Assembly: GCA_001873215.1 (NCBI GenBank)
Contig: MNYS01000009.1
Span: 3,654 to 67,653, forward strand
Length of the DNA stretch: 64,000 nucleotides
Source of the DNA: Candidatus Levybacteria bacterium CG2_30_37_29
Lineage (GTDB): Bacteria > Patescibacteriota > Microgenomatia > Levybacterales > GWA1-39-11
Reading direction: 5' to 3'
Shown: positions 38,501 through 47,015 of the stretch, in pieces
How the letters are laid out: each line of letters begins with the position of its first letter
Position numbering within the stretch: position 1 is the stretch's first letter
Notes under the pieces: generated by a model
What the model was told of the DNA's origin: nothing
The model's input: the letters and a program-made list of their open reading frames with translations, nothing else
Databases searched by the model: none
Program-made: the position numbers and the translations under genes

Positions 38501-38845
38501 CTATTCCTGTGGAGACTTTAGCAAATAGGTAATTGCGTGAACTTGATGACCGTTTTCACGAAAACCAGCACCGGGCGTTATTATTGTTCCAGCTATTTCA
38601 AAACCTGCTGCAACTGCTCGTAAACCAAACTCTTGAATATTGTGTTTCCTTTCTTGTTGATTGAGTGGGTCAAATATAACTTCATAGGCTTCTACGTCTA
38701 CTTCGGCATCTTCTATTGTCTGACCTTCTTGAGGAGCAGGAAAACCTCCCCTGAAACTACTTCTCCACATATGTCTAAAATCTGCTCGTAAATCTGCGGG
38801 CGTTTTTTCAGTAAAGTTTTTGTCTTCTAGTTGTGGTGTTTCCAT
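38501..38845 (-). CDS. Hypothetical protein (114 aa), unknown function
   Basis: ORF with somewhat higher GC than the surroundings, between smpB and the tmRNA; no motif recognised. Confidence 0.25.
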   Translation of the reverse strand: METPQLEDKNFTEKTPADLRADFRHMWRSSFRGGFPAPQEGQTIEDAEVDVEAYEVIFDPLNQQERKHNIQEFGLRAVAAGFEIAGTIITPGAGFRENGHQVHAITYLLKSPQE

Positions 38846-38897
38846 AATATCAATGAATAAACATGATTAGAGCAATAACAAACTAAAAAGTTTAATT

Positions 38898-39267
38898 GTG
38901 GAGATGGTGGGTATTGCTCCCACGTCCAGGACTGTTAATCAAAAACATCTACAAGCTTAGTTAATTTTTAATTGTCGTCTTGCTCTGATCCAATTAACAG
39001 GAAAGGCAATTCCAAGATTTTAATTTTCTAGCCTAGAATCAATCAGTCTCTAAACCCTATCTCAAACTGTGTTTATGCCCGTATCTAACCGTTTGAGAAA
39101 AGAATGATACGGACAGGTCTTAGTTGTAAGCGTACGCAGGTTGTGCGTAAGCAAAACTTTGACCGCTAAGAAAATTCTTAGCATTTGTTTTTGATACGCT
39201 TTTACGATTAGTATCATTATCGGCTTGCAGTTTTTAAAGAGCAATTCTGTCGATGCATTGCATCCCC
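38898..39267 (-). ncRNA. ssrA: tmRNA (SsrA)
   Basis: Minus-strand 5' end GGGGATGCAATGCATCGAC... (conserved UCGAC) pairs with 3' ...CCUGGACGUGGGAGCAAUACCCAC-CAUCUCC-A, giving a 7-bp acceptor with a G3.U wobble (alanine identity element). The conserved GGAC precedes the T-arm; length about 370 nt; adjacent to smpB. The tag ORF is not unambiguous: the only nearby in-frame stop gives ...AYAQPAYAYN-TAA. The T-loop AGCAAUA is non-canonical. Confidence 0.65.
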
Positions 39268-39337
39268 GTAACAAGTATTATAAATTAAGTAGCTTCAAAA
39301 GTCAACTATTTAATATCTTATAGTACTATTGTGTCTT

Positions 39338-40045
39338 TTAGGCTTCTTTTGCGACGGTTATTCCTACAACCGTTACGGCTCCACTTTTTTTAAGAACCTT
39401 TGCGCATTCTTGAAGCGTTGCAAAAGTCGTTGTAATATCATCAATTAAAATAATTGTTTTTCCGTTTAACTTGTTCTCAAATTTTTCTGCTACTTTAAGC
39501 GCGCCTAAAATATTTTTCTTTCTATCTTCTTTTGAAAGCTTATATTGAGGTTTTGTATCTTTTATTCTTTTAAGAATATCTTTTACATAAACAGCGTCAA
39601 GTTTTTTTGCTAAATTTTGTGCAATAATTCCTGCGTGATTATAGCCTCGGAATCGTTCCCGATTAGGATGTAAAGGGACGGGGGCAATAATAGGATTTTT
39701 TTGAAGCAATGGAAAGAGCGACTCATTTTGTATAATGCCCTCAAAAAGAATGTCTGAAAGAATAGGTCCAAGACTTGCAAGATACGGCGCGTATTTTAAT
39801 TGGTACAAAAGTTTTTTAACAACCCCCTTATATAAAAGCGTTGGGATTACACCGTCAAGAGAATATTTTTTCTTGCAAAACGGGTGAGTCATTCCGTTTA
39901 TTGCCGGCGCCAAGCATACAGGACAGGAAAAATTTGTAGTAAATGAAATTTTTGCAAAACAATCGGCGCACAAAAAACCTCCGAATTTTCGGCAATTTAC
40001 GCACCTTTTTGGAAATAAAATATCAAGAAGAATATTCTTCATCAA
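39338..40045 (-). CDS. ComF-family protein (ComFC-like phosphoribosyltransferase with N-terminal zinc ribbon)
   Basis: CVNCRKF...CADC and CPVC...C zinc-finger cysteines, C-terminal PRTase motif IILIDDITTTFATL. Confidence 0.7.
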   Translation of the reverse strand: MMKNILLDILFPKRCVNCRKFGGFLCADCFAKISFTTNFSCPVCLAPAINGMTHPFCKKKYSLDGVIPTLLYKGVVKKLLYQLKYAPYLASLGPILSDILFEGIIQNESLFPLLQKNPIIAPVPLHPNRERFRGYNHAGIIAQNLAKKLDAVYVKDILKRIKDTKPQYKLSKEDRKKNILGALKVAEKFENKLNGKTIILIDDITTTFATLQECAKVLKKSGAVTVVGITVAKEA

Positions 40046-40128
40046 TAATAATTGTATGAATTTTTATAGAAAGTTCAAACAGGAAATGAAGACCTGAAAT
40101 AGTTTTCACGCTACAAAGTTGTTTTTGA

Positions 40129-41265
40129 CTAACACGCGACCTCTGTGCTTCCGCAGTGCTGGCAACTTGGTAAAAGGCTGTTGAACGGCCGGATATTTGT
40201 CTGGCGGCAGGAAGGACATTTAAATTTCCTGTCGCCGTATCGATCAGGCCCTATTGCCTCGCCTCCCAACAAAACCGAGGAAAGAGATTGACCAAGAGAA
40301 AAAATGTTATTGCTCTGAAGCGTTCCCCCACAACTTCCAAATGCAGCCGGAGGAACATAATTATACTGAGGCAGAATATCAGAAAGACTGTTTTGCACAA
40401 CATAAGGTTTATCTTTTTTAAGAAATATATCCTCTCCTTTTTTAAGCATAAGCGTATAATTTTCAAGCGCGCGGAACGCAGCTATTTTTTCACGCCTATT
40501 GCCTTTTTGTATCACATCTACAACCTCCTCAATTAAAGGAGAGAGTCTTGCGATAATTCTATTGAATTTTGCTTGCGCTTCATCTGTTCCTAAAAAAGCA
40601 AATTGCTTTTTGCAAATATTATCAAATAGTTTTTCGTCTATTTGTTCTTCAACAAGAATAGGATTTTGTAAAAAATCCTCTGCTCTTTTGTTTTTAAATT
40701 CAATTCCAGAAGCTTGTGAAAGTACAAAATTAAACTGGTCAATATTAGGATTCTCTACCCTAATAGCAGTCATCGTTATTTTTTTTACCCCATTCTTTTC
40801 TTGCAAACTTCCTTTATAAATAAATCCGTAGTCACCATACCCTTCTTCTTTTGGACCTGGCGGACTCGCCCACAAAATAGTATCTTCTGTTTTTCCAAAC
40901 CGAAGTTGATCTTCAAGCCGTCTTATTCCGACAAGTTCTGCTTTTTCCCGAGACACATTTTCCCCCCGCAGACTTCTTTCTTGTATAGCGCGCGCTCCTT
41001 TTGCTACCATAGGCTCTCCTTTAAAAGAATCGCGAAGCGCAAAGAGACCTTCTTCTCCTTGCGAAAACTGTAGCTGATAGTGGAATTTAGGAACCTGCAA
41101 GCGGTATTCACCAAGATATGAAACAACATCTTCCCTAATAGCCTCACGTTCGTAAGAGCCTGGATAATATTCCAAATTAAACGCTTTTGACCCCACAATT
41201 TCTCGGGGCAAGTATTGCTCAGGCCTAATATCTTTATATGCAAGTGACTCTCTCATATTTTCCAA
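40129..41265 (-). CDS. Hypothetical protein with C-terminal Cys4 zinc-ribbon
   Basis: 378 aa, hydrophilic; C-terminus KCPSCRQ...SCQHCGS (CxxC-x17-CxxC); no other motif recognised. Confidence 0.4.
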   Translation of the reverse strand: MENMRESLAYKDIRPEQYLPREIVGSKAFNLEYYPGSYEREAIREDVVSYLGEYRLQVPKFHYQLQFSQGEEGLFALRDSFKGEPMVAKGARAIQERSLRGENVSREKAELVGIRRLEDQLRFGKTEDTILWASPPGPKEEGYGDYGFIYKGSLQEKNGVKKITMTAIRVENPNIDQFNFVLSQASGIEFKNKRAEDFLQNPILVEEQIDEKLFDNICKKQFAFLGTDEAQAKFNRIIARLSPLIEEVVDVIQKGNRREKIAAFRALENYTLMLKKGEDIFLKKDKPYVVQNSLSDILPQYNYVPPAAFGSCGGTLQSNNIFSLGQSLSSVLLGGEAIGPDRYGDRKFKCPSCRQTNIRPFNSLLPSCQHCGSTEVAC

Positions 41266-41816
41266 ATGGTTTCTTTTTTCTTGTCTTTAAAATTTGCATA
41301 ACGGCTCATGGTAAAAAGAAGATCCGAAAGCCTATTTAAATATTGGACAACATCAGGATTCACTTCCTCTTTTTCCAAAAGCTTTGTCATTTTACGCTCC
41401 GCTCTCCTTGCAAGCGTTCTTGCAAACTGAAAACGCGAGCCAGTTTTTCCTCCCCCGGGAAGAATAAAATTTGAAAGAGGAATTAAAACTTTGGTCATAT
41501 TGTCAATTTCTTTTTCAAAAAAAGTGGTATTTTTGCAAAGGTGTTTTATTATGTCTTCACGTTTAAGATTTGCAAGGTAAGAACCTATACAAAACAAGTC
41601 GTTTTGCAGAAGAGTAAGTATTGAGGTAAATTTTTTTTTATAGGATTTGCTTTTTGGAATCTCTGAGATAATTATTCCCACAAATGAATTAAGCTCGTCA
41701 ATTGTTCCATATGTATCAACCCGCATTGAATGTTTCCAAACCCTTTCTCCGCTTCCCAAAGAAGTTTGTCCCAAATCCCCTTTTTTTGTATATATCGGCA
41801 TAAGATTTTTACTCAC
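41253..41816 (-). CDS. ATP:cob(I)alamin adenosyltransferase (PduO/MMAB type)
   Basis: IYTKKGDLGQTSLGSGERVWKHSMRVDTYGTIDELNSFVG matches the PduO-type N-terminus (IYTKTGDKGETSL..G.RV.K....VEAYGTIDELNS). Confidence 0.8.
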   Translation of the reverse strand: MSKNLMPIYTKKGDLGQTSLGSGERVWKHSMRVDTYGTIDELNSFVGIIISEIPKSKSYKKKFTSILTLLQNDLFCIGSYLANLKREDIIKHLCKNTTFFEKEIDNMTKVLIPLSNFILPGGGKTGSRFQFARTLARRAERKMTKLLEKEEVNPDVVQYLNRLSDLLFTMSRYANFKDKKKETIWKI

Positions 41817-41902
41817 TATACTCGGATAAACTTATAAAATAAAATCTTTTGTCAGCTTCAATTCATCCCCGATTCAATCGGGGCATTCTTGAAACTTCCA
41901 AT

Positions 41903-41927
41903 AAAAAAACCTCCCGTTCCCGAGAGG
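41903..41927 (-). terminator. Rho-independent terminator (minus strand)
   Basis: Minus-strand RNA CCUCUCGGGAACGGGAGG (7-bp stem with one G.U, GGAA tetraloop) followed by UUUUUUU; lies about 225 nt downstream of the nrdJ stop codon. Confidence 0.6.
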
Positions 41928-42150
41928 TGCATGTTTACTGCCTGCTCGGGCTCCTCCGTTTGACGGATAATATATATTTGTTTTCTGGATATAACAGTAC
42001 CGGCAGTTCCGCCGACTTTCACGGCGCTTTCCAAATATATACTTTAAACTAAAACTCTTTAACTAAATTCGTTTTACTCATATTCTTGTGTCTAGCATTC
42101 TGCATAGCCACAAGAATATTCATCTTATTCATGCAGTTGCGGCGCCTTCG

Positions 42151-44655
42151 TTAACACTCGGCGTAACCACAACTGTAGCACTTGGCGCACCCTTCCTCGT
42201 GGGCAAACGCTGCCTCACCGCAAGAAGGACACAAATCAAAATGCGAATTTGTATTAGAATTAATTTCACCAATACTTAATTGTTCAACTGGGGCAATCGG
42301 CAGGGAAACGTCTTCTGAAGAATTAAGACTTACTGTTTCTTCAGTTATAACAGCGTGTCCGTTTGTTTTTCCATTACCATTATAAGAAGACGAGCCGTTT
42401 CCATTTCCGTTATAAATAGTTGATGAATTTCCGTTTGGCAAATTGTTTGTGGATGCATCAACATTATTTGTTTGTTTTTTTATATCAATGACTTTTCCAT
42501 TTACTTTAAATTCAAAATGTTCTGCCAAAACCTTTGCTACCGCATCGGGAAGAGACCTAACTCTATTTTGCCCAAACCCAACAGATCGCATTCCCCCAAT
42601 TCCGGTTAATTGCGCTACGATTTGGCGGATTCGCTCGCGTGACTCAACAGGGCTTTGCAGACGCAAAACAAGAGAGATAAGCCGTCCAAGAGCATCAGAC
42701 ATTGCGGCAACATCATTTCCGGGTTTTCCAATTGTAATAAATAACTCAAAAGGATTTTTCTCAACGTCTGAATTTATAGTAATAAATGCGTCTCCAAGAG
42801 GAGTCTGAGTTTCATATGTTACTCCTTGCAAAACAAGCGGTCGTTTTCGGATAGGGCGTGGATCAGGAAGAGGAAGTTGTTGAGGTTTTTCAAGAACTTC
42901 ACTTGTCTCCTTTCTATCATCGACTCTTTCCAACACTCCGACTCGCGACCCGTCACGCATATATGCAATTCCTTTTAATCCCATGTCGTATGCAGCCATA
43001 TAAAGAGTTTTTACGTCTTCAATTGTGTGCGCGGTTGGCGCATTTACTGTTTTTGAAATCGAGGAATCAATATATTCTTGTGCAATCGCCTGAACCTTAA
43101 CATGATCAAGCGGGTCCAAATCATTTGCCGAAACAAAATAGTCGGGGCGGGCATCATTCGGGTGGTCTTTTCTCCATTCATCATACAATGGGTGGTATAC
43201 CTTATGTTCTCCTAGCCTATCGCGCCTTATAAATTCAAATTCATATACAGGTTCTATTCCTGAAGTAACGCCGCTTATAAGACTCGTTGTTCCTGTTGGT
43301 GCAATTGTTAAAAGCACTGCGTTTCTTATCCCCTGCTTTGCGATTTTTTTCTGAAGACGATGAGGAAGGCCCTTGATGTGATAACCTTGCAAGTATTTCT
43401 CACGATCAAATTTCGGGAAAGCCCCTTTTTCTTTTGCGATATCAATTGACTCTTCATATGCATTATCTCGAAGAGTTTGGAAGATTTTTTTAATAATAGG
43501 AAGAGACTCGGGTGCGCCGTATCGAATTTTCATTTTTATTAACGCGTCCCCAATTCCCATAATTCCAAGACCGGTCCGGCGAATATTTTTTGCACAATCC
43601 TCATTTTCTTTTAAGAAATAATATGTCTCATCAATAACATTGTCCAAGAAGCGCATTGCAACCTTAACGTCATTCCCGAAACTTTCAAAATCAAATTTTC
43701 CGTTTTTGACATACATTACCAAATTCATCGCTCCTAAATTACAAACGGCCCAAGCACCAAGAGGTTGTTCACCGCATGGATTGGTTGCAAGCAGCTTTTC
43801 AAAATAATAGGTGTTGCTTCTTTTGTTGCTTCGCTCAAGAAAATGAAGGCCCGGCTCGGCGCTTCTCCATGCGGCAGTACAAATTTTGTCCCAAATTTCC
43901 CGCGCCTTTAGGGTTCTGTAAATTTTTACTTTTCCGCCAAGAGCCTTCCATTCATCAAGTTCCCCGTTCCATTTTTCGTCATACATTGGGTCGTCAAGAT
44001 CAGGATATTGCAAAACCCAATCTTCATCTTTTTTAACCGCTTCCATAAAAGAATCTGACACACAAACAGACAAATTTGCGCCGTTTATTTTTGAAAGATC
44101 CTCTTTGACTGTTATAAATTCCTCAATGTCAGGATGCCAATCATGAAGCATAAGCATCAGGGCGCCGCGGCGCGTTCCCGCCTGTTGCACAATATCTTTT
44201 GTCGCAACAGAGAAAAGCTCTGCCCAATTTACAGGACCGGAAGAAAATCCATTGACTTTTTTAACTCGCGCACCTCTGGGACGAAGGGAAGAAAGATTGA
44301 ATCCGACGCCGCCGCCGCGCGCCATAATTTCAACCATTTGTTTGAGAGTTTCCAAAATCTCCCCTCTTGAATCTTTAGGAGAAGGAATAACAAAACAATT
44401 AAAATACGTTACTTGAAAACCTGTTCCCGCGCCTGACAAAATCCGTCCGCCCGGAACAAACTTGAAGTCTTCCATAACGCGGTAAAATTGTTTTTCCCAA
44501 TATTTTCTTACTTCTTTTTTTTCTTGGCTGGAAATTCCTTTTGCAACCCTCTTCCACATTTCCTCTGGAGTTTTTTCAAGGGCTACGCCGTCCTCGTCTT
44601 TTAGAGCGTACCTGTCCATAAAAACTTTGTGTGATAATTCTGAAAGCTTTATCAT
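42151..44655 (-). CDS. nrdJ: Class II (adenosylcobalamin-dependent) ribonucleotide reductase
   Basis: 834 aa; active-site NPCGEQPL (class II NPCGE motif); VPGGRIL, GGGVGFNLSSLRP; C-terminal Cys4 zinc ribbon CPSCG...CAKCYSCG. Confidence 0.85.
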   Translation of the reverse strand: MIKLSELSHKVFMDRYALKDEDGVALEKTPEEMWKRVAKGISSQEKKEVRKYWEKQFYRVMEDFKFVPGGRILSGAGTGFQVTYFNCFVIPSPKDSRGEILETLKQMVEIMARGGGVGFNLSSLRPRGARVKKVNGFSSGPVNWAELFSVATKDIVQQAGTRRGALMLMLHDWHPDIEEFITVKEDLSKINGANLSVCVSDSFMEAVKKDEDWVLQYPDLDDPMYDEKWNGELDEWKALGGKVKIYRTLKAREIWDKICTAAWRSAEPGLHFLERSNKRSNTYYFEKLLATNPCGEQPLGAWAVCNLGAMNLVMYVKNGKFDFESFGNDVKVAMRFLDNVIDETYYFLKENEDCAKNIRRTGLGIMGIGDALIKMKIRYGAPESLPIIKKIFQTLRDNAYEESIDIAKEKGAFPKFDREKYLQGYHIKGLPHRLQKKIAKQGIRNAVLLTIAPTGTTSLISGVTSGIEPVYEFEFIRRDRLGEHKVYHPLYDEWRKDHPNDARPDYFVSANDLDPLDHVKVQAIAQEYIDSSISKTVNAPTAHTIEDVKTLYMAAYDMGLKGIAYMRDGSRVGVLERVDDRKETSEVLEKPQQLPLPDPRPIRKRPLVLQGVTYETQTPLGDAFITINSDVEKNPFELFITIGKPGNDVAAMSDALGRLISLVLRLQSPVESRERIRQIVAQLTGIGGMRSVGFGQNRVRSLPDAVAKVLAEHFEFKVNGKVIDIKKQTNNVDASTNNLPNGNSSTIYNGNGNGSSSYNGNGKTNGHAVITEETVSLNSSEDVSLPIAPVEQLSIGEINSNTNSHFDLCPSCGEAAFAHEEGCAKCYSCGYAEC

Positions 44656-44688
44656 AATATTTTATTAATTCACAAATTTTTAAACTAC

Positions 44689-45138
44689 CTATTTAATTAA
44701 CTTCTTCAATTCTTTTTCAAAATCTTCTAAGTCTACAAATCTTTTAAAAACGCTTGAAAATCTAATATATGCTATTTTGTCAATTTTTTTAAGTCTTACC
44801 GAAACCATTTGGCCTATTTTTTTTCCATCAATTTCAACAGTTTCAGATCCCTTTAATTCTCTTTCTACATCGTCAACAATTGTATTTATTTGATCAAGCG
44901 AAACGTCTGTTTTCTCACACGACTTAATAATTCCTGTTCTCAGTTTTTCGCGGTCAAACTGCTCCCGCCTTCCATCTTTTTTCTTTACAATAAGAGTAAT
45001 GTTTTCAATTCGCTCATAAGTTGTGAATCTTTTTGCGCAAGAAATGCACGTCCTTCTTCTGCGGATATTGCTTCCGTCTTCAGCGACTCTTGTTTCAACA
45101 ACCTCTGTTTGCGAACTTCTACAATACGGACACTCCAT
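44689..45138 (-). CDS. nrdR: Transcriptional repressor NrdR
   Basis: MECPYCRSSQTEVVETR...RRRTCISCAKRFTTYE zinc ribbon plus ATP-cone (LIVKKKDGRREQFDREKL). Confidence 0.9.
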   Translation of the reverse strand: MECPYCRSSQTEVVETRVAEDGSNIRRRRTCISCAKRFTTYERIENITLIVKKKDGRREQFDREKLRTGIIKSCEKTDVSLDQINTIVDDVERELKGSETVEIDGKKIGQMVSVRLKKIDKIAYIRFSSVFKRFVDLEDFEKELKKLIK

Positions 45139-45146
45139 ATTTTTAA

Positions 45147-45206
45147 GGTACTATATCTAGTGCCAAGATAGATGGTAAACCACTATATCGGGGGTGTCAA
45201 CTAGAA
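45147..45206 (-). promoter_or_regulatory. Tandem NrdR-box-like operators upstream of nrdR-nrdJ
   Basis: Two ACTATAT-containing near-palindromes (GGTACTATATCTAGTGCC at about 45148-45165, ACCACTATATCGGGGGTGT at about 45180-45198), their ACTATAT cores 32 bp apart, matching the known tandem NrdR-box architecture. They sit 10-70 bp upstream of the nrdR start. Confidence 0.55.
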
Positions 45207-45332
45207 ACAAATATATCAAAGTATACAAGTGCTTTTTCCAGCCTCATCTTAATAAACGGGCAAAAATAGGACAGTGGCGGGCAAGGCATAAAAGTTTTTT
45301 GCTAAAAAAACTTACTCAAAAAATTGTTATTA

Positions 45333-45887
45333 CTATTGATTTTGAGGAAAAAGCAATTGGATGTTTTTTTTAAATTCGATGATTCGAAAAATCTCCGTAC
45401 GCACGTTTTCCTTTTTTCCTTTTTTTACTTTTTGCTCAATTTGTTTTGCGACTTCTTCGTGTTTTTTCAAAGAAAGACGCAAATTTTCAATAAGTGAATT
45501 AATTGGTTTTCCTGCTTTTTTGGAAACCTGTGACATTCTAACTGCTTCTGAAAAATAGTTGTTGCTTTTTGAAAGAGTAGTTACTACCAAATCATCTTTT
45601 CCGCCGAGTGCTAAAAACCATGCTGCGTTTACTTTTTTATCAGACGTCAAAAGATTAAATTCCGCTTTTTTTTGTGAGTCATTTATAAGAACGCTTATTA
45701 GTCTGTCCCGAACCGCTTTTAAAAAATACAAAGGATTATCCGGCAAAAGTCCGGGATACGGCAATTCGTAATTAGTTGGAGTAGCACTTTGAGTACCTGT
45801 CAAATCTGCTTGCGCAAAAGTCTTTGGGGCAAAAATAGTAATAGAAAAAATTATAAGGCAGAGAAAAAGAAAAACATATTTTTTCAT
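45333..45887 (-). CDS. Secreted hypothetical protein (DUF5667-like N-terminal domain)
   Basis: Start chosen at MKKYVFLFLCLIIFSITIFA (signal peptide). YPGLLPDNPLYFLKAVRDRL resembles the DUF5667 motif common in CPR secreted proteins. Confidence 0.45.
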   Translation of the reverse strand: MKKYVFLFLCLIIFSITIFAPKTFAQADLTGTQSATPTNYELPYPGLLPDNPLYFLKAVRDRLISVLINDSQKKAEFNLLTSDKKVNAAWFLALGGKDDLVVTTLSKSNNYFSEAVRMSQVSKKAGKPINSLIENLRLSLKKHEEVAKQIEQKVKKGKKENVRTEIFRIIEFKKNIQLLFPQNQ

Positions 45888-46053
45888 ACAAAAAATGCTG
45901 TAAAGAATGCTTGGCAACATAATACCCTTTGCGCGTAAAATTGTCAAATACTGTCATGGACATATTTTTGGTGTAAGAAAACAACCATAGAATAATCCGT
46001 CTACAAAAGAAAAATCCACAACTACAACCAGAGGCCTTTGTTTGCATGTTTAA

Positions 46054-46100
46054 ATTGGCAACCTCTGGCAAACCTCTGGCAAGGCCCGACCTTGCCAATG
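46054..46100. repeat. REP-like hairpin repeat cluster (left flank of the transposase)
   Basis: TTGGCAACCTCTGGCAAACCTCTGGCAAGGCCCGACCTTGCCAATGG: tandem TGGCAA(A)CCTC units ending in the palindrome GGCAAGG-CCCGA-CCTTGCC. Confidence 0.7.
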
Positions 46101-46127
46101 GGTTAAGAAAGACCTGCCTCTGTTTTA

Positions 46128-46688
46128 TTAGTCTGTTTCTAAGATAAAATCTCCAAGAATTTCTTCGCTTGAAAATCCTTCCCTGTAATCTTCTATAAAT
46201 TCCTTATAGGAACTATAGTAGCCACCAATCTTCTTGTTGCTAAAATATTTAAGAATGAAATCTGGTTTTATCCAGCTTGCTTTTTTTAACCCTAAATAGT
46301 AAGGGTAGCTTGTGAATTCAAGGAAGTTGATTTTATCGTTTAGGATTTTGCTTGGATTAAGGTGAATATATCGAGATAAATGAAGAATATAATTGTCGTC
46401 CAAAACAAGTACCCCTTTATATTTGTCCTGAAACAAATGTCCTGTTCGACCATATTTTTTATTAAAATACATCGCATAAGACGTGCATAGCCGGGTCATA
46501 AATTTTGTAATTCCGTTGGCTTCGGTTTGTTTAACCAGAAGATGGAAATGATTAGGCATGAGCGCAAATCCAAGTAATTCTATTTCACCATACATATTTG
46601 TTTGCATGATTCGATCAAGTCGAACGCCGGGATCTTGAAATGAAGGTAAATCTTCTTTTGGCGAGAGGTATTGTTTTAAAAGTCGCAA
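46128..46688 (-). CDS. IS200/IS605-family (Y1/HUH) transposase, REP-associated tyrosine transposase (RAYT)-like
   Basis: HUH motif MPNHFHLLV and catalytic region GRTGHLFQDKYK (HUH plus Tyr), about 186 aa; flanked on both sides by REP-like hairpin repeats. Confidence 0.7.
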   Translation of the reverse strand: MRLLKQYLSPKEDLPSFQDPGVRLDRIMQTNMYGEIELLGFALMPNHFHLLVKQTEANGITKFMTRLCTSYAMYFNKKYGRTGHLFQDKYKGVLVLDDNYILHLSRYIHLNPSKILNDKINFLEFTSYPYYLGLKKASWIKPDFILKYFSNKKIGGYYSSYKEFIEDYREGFSSEEILGDFILETD

Positions 46689-46835
46689 GAATACAGTGCA
46701 GTCGCTTTGATCCTGAAATATAATTCTCTTATCTACTCCCCTATTGTATTAGGTGATAGTAACCGTTCTCCACGTATATCTTTACTCTATTTTTAGAAGG
46801 CATACATTAAAAATACCTGACTTTCATATCCATGT

Positions 46836-46902
46836 CAAGGCCCGACCTTGCCAACCCTTGCCAACCCGACCTTGCCAACCTGCCAATGCTTGCCAAGCTT
46901 GG
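46836..46902. repeat. REP-like hairpin repeat cluster (right flank of the transposase)
   Basis: CAAGGCCCGACCTTGCCAACCCTTGCCAACCCGACCTTGCCAACCTGCCAATGCTTGCCAAGCTTGG: same CAAGGCCCGACCTTGCCAA core as the left flank plus degenerate CCTTGCCAAC tandem units. Confidence 0.7.
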
Positions 46903-47015
46903 TAAGGCATTATCGATGAAGAAGTGGTAAAGAAGTTTTGTACCAAACCCACTCCTTTCGTTGCCTTGACATTTATTTTTACTTTCTTCATACTTAAAAT
47001 GGAAGTGCTGTCCCT

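Larger units (their letters stand above)
46054..46902 (-). mobile_element. RAYT/IS200-like element with flanking REP hairpins
   Basis: Transposase ORF bracketed by near-identical palindromic GGCCCGACCTTGCC repeats; sits exactly at the boundary between the housekeeping genes and the T4SS-like island. Confidence 0.6.

Noticed and set aside
41849-42052. 67-aa plus-strand ORF in the nrdJ to adenosyltransferase spacer
   Set aside because: It lies in the GC-rich hairpin-dense segment that is better explained as structured RNA plus terminator; opposite strand to all neighbouring genes; no RBS or motif.
41925-42060. Possible SRP (4.5S) RNA suggested by a TGTTTAC segment
   Set aside because: Only the short TGTTTAC string resembles the 4.5S consensus. 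I could not build the conserved domain IV (GNRA-capped helix with the AGCA/GGAA internal loops), so I do not call it; Infernal would settle it.
41925-42150. Cobalamin riboswitch call for the nrdJ 3' region
   Set aside because: The context fits and there are weak resemblances (GUGAAAGUC, GGAACUG), but no clear B12 box (GCCACUG) or GGGAA elements. Kept as a finding to test, not annotated as a feature.
45772-46098. 108-aa minus-strand ORF
   Set aside because: It runs through the REP-like repeat array and an intergenic region, is Cys- and Phe-rich low-complexity, and overlaps the better-supported DUF5667-like gene start region.
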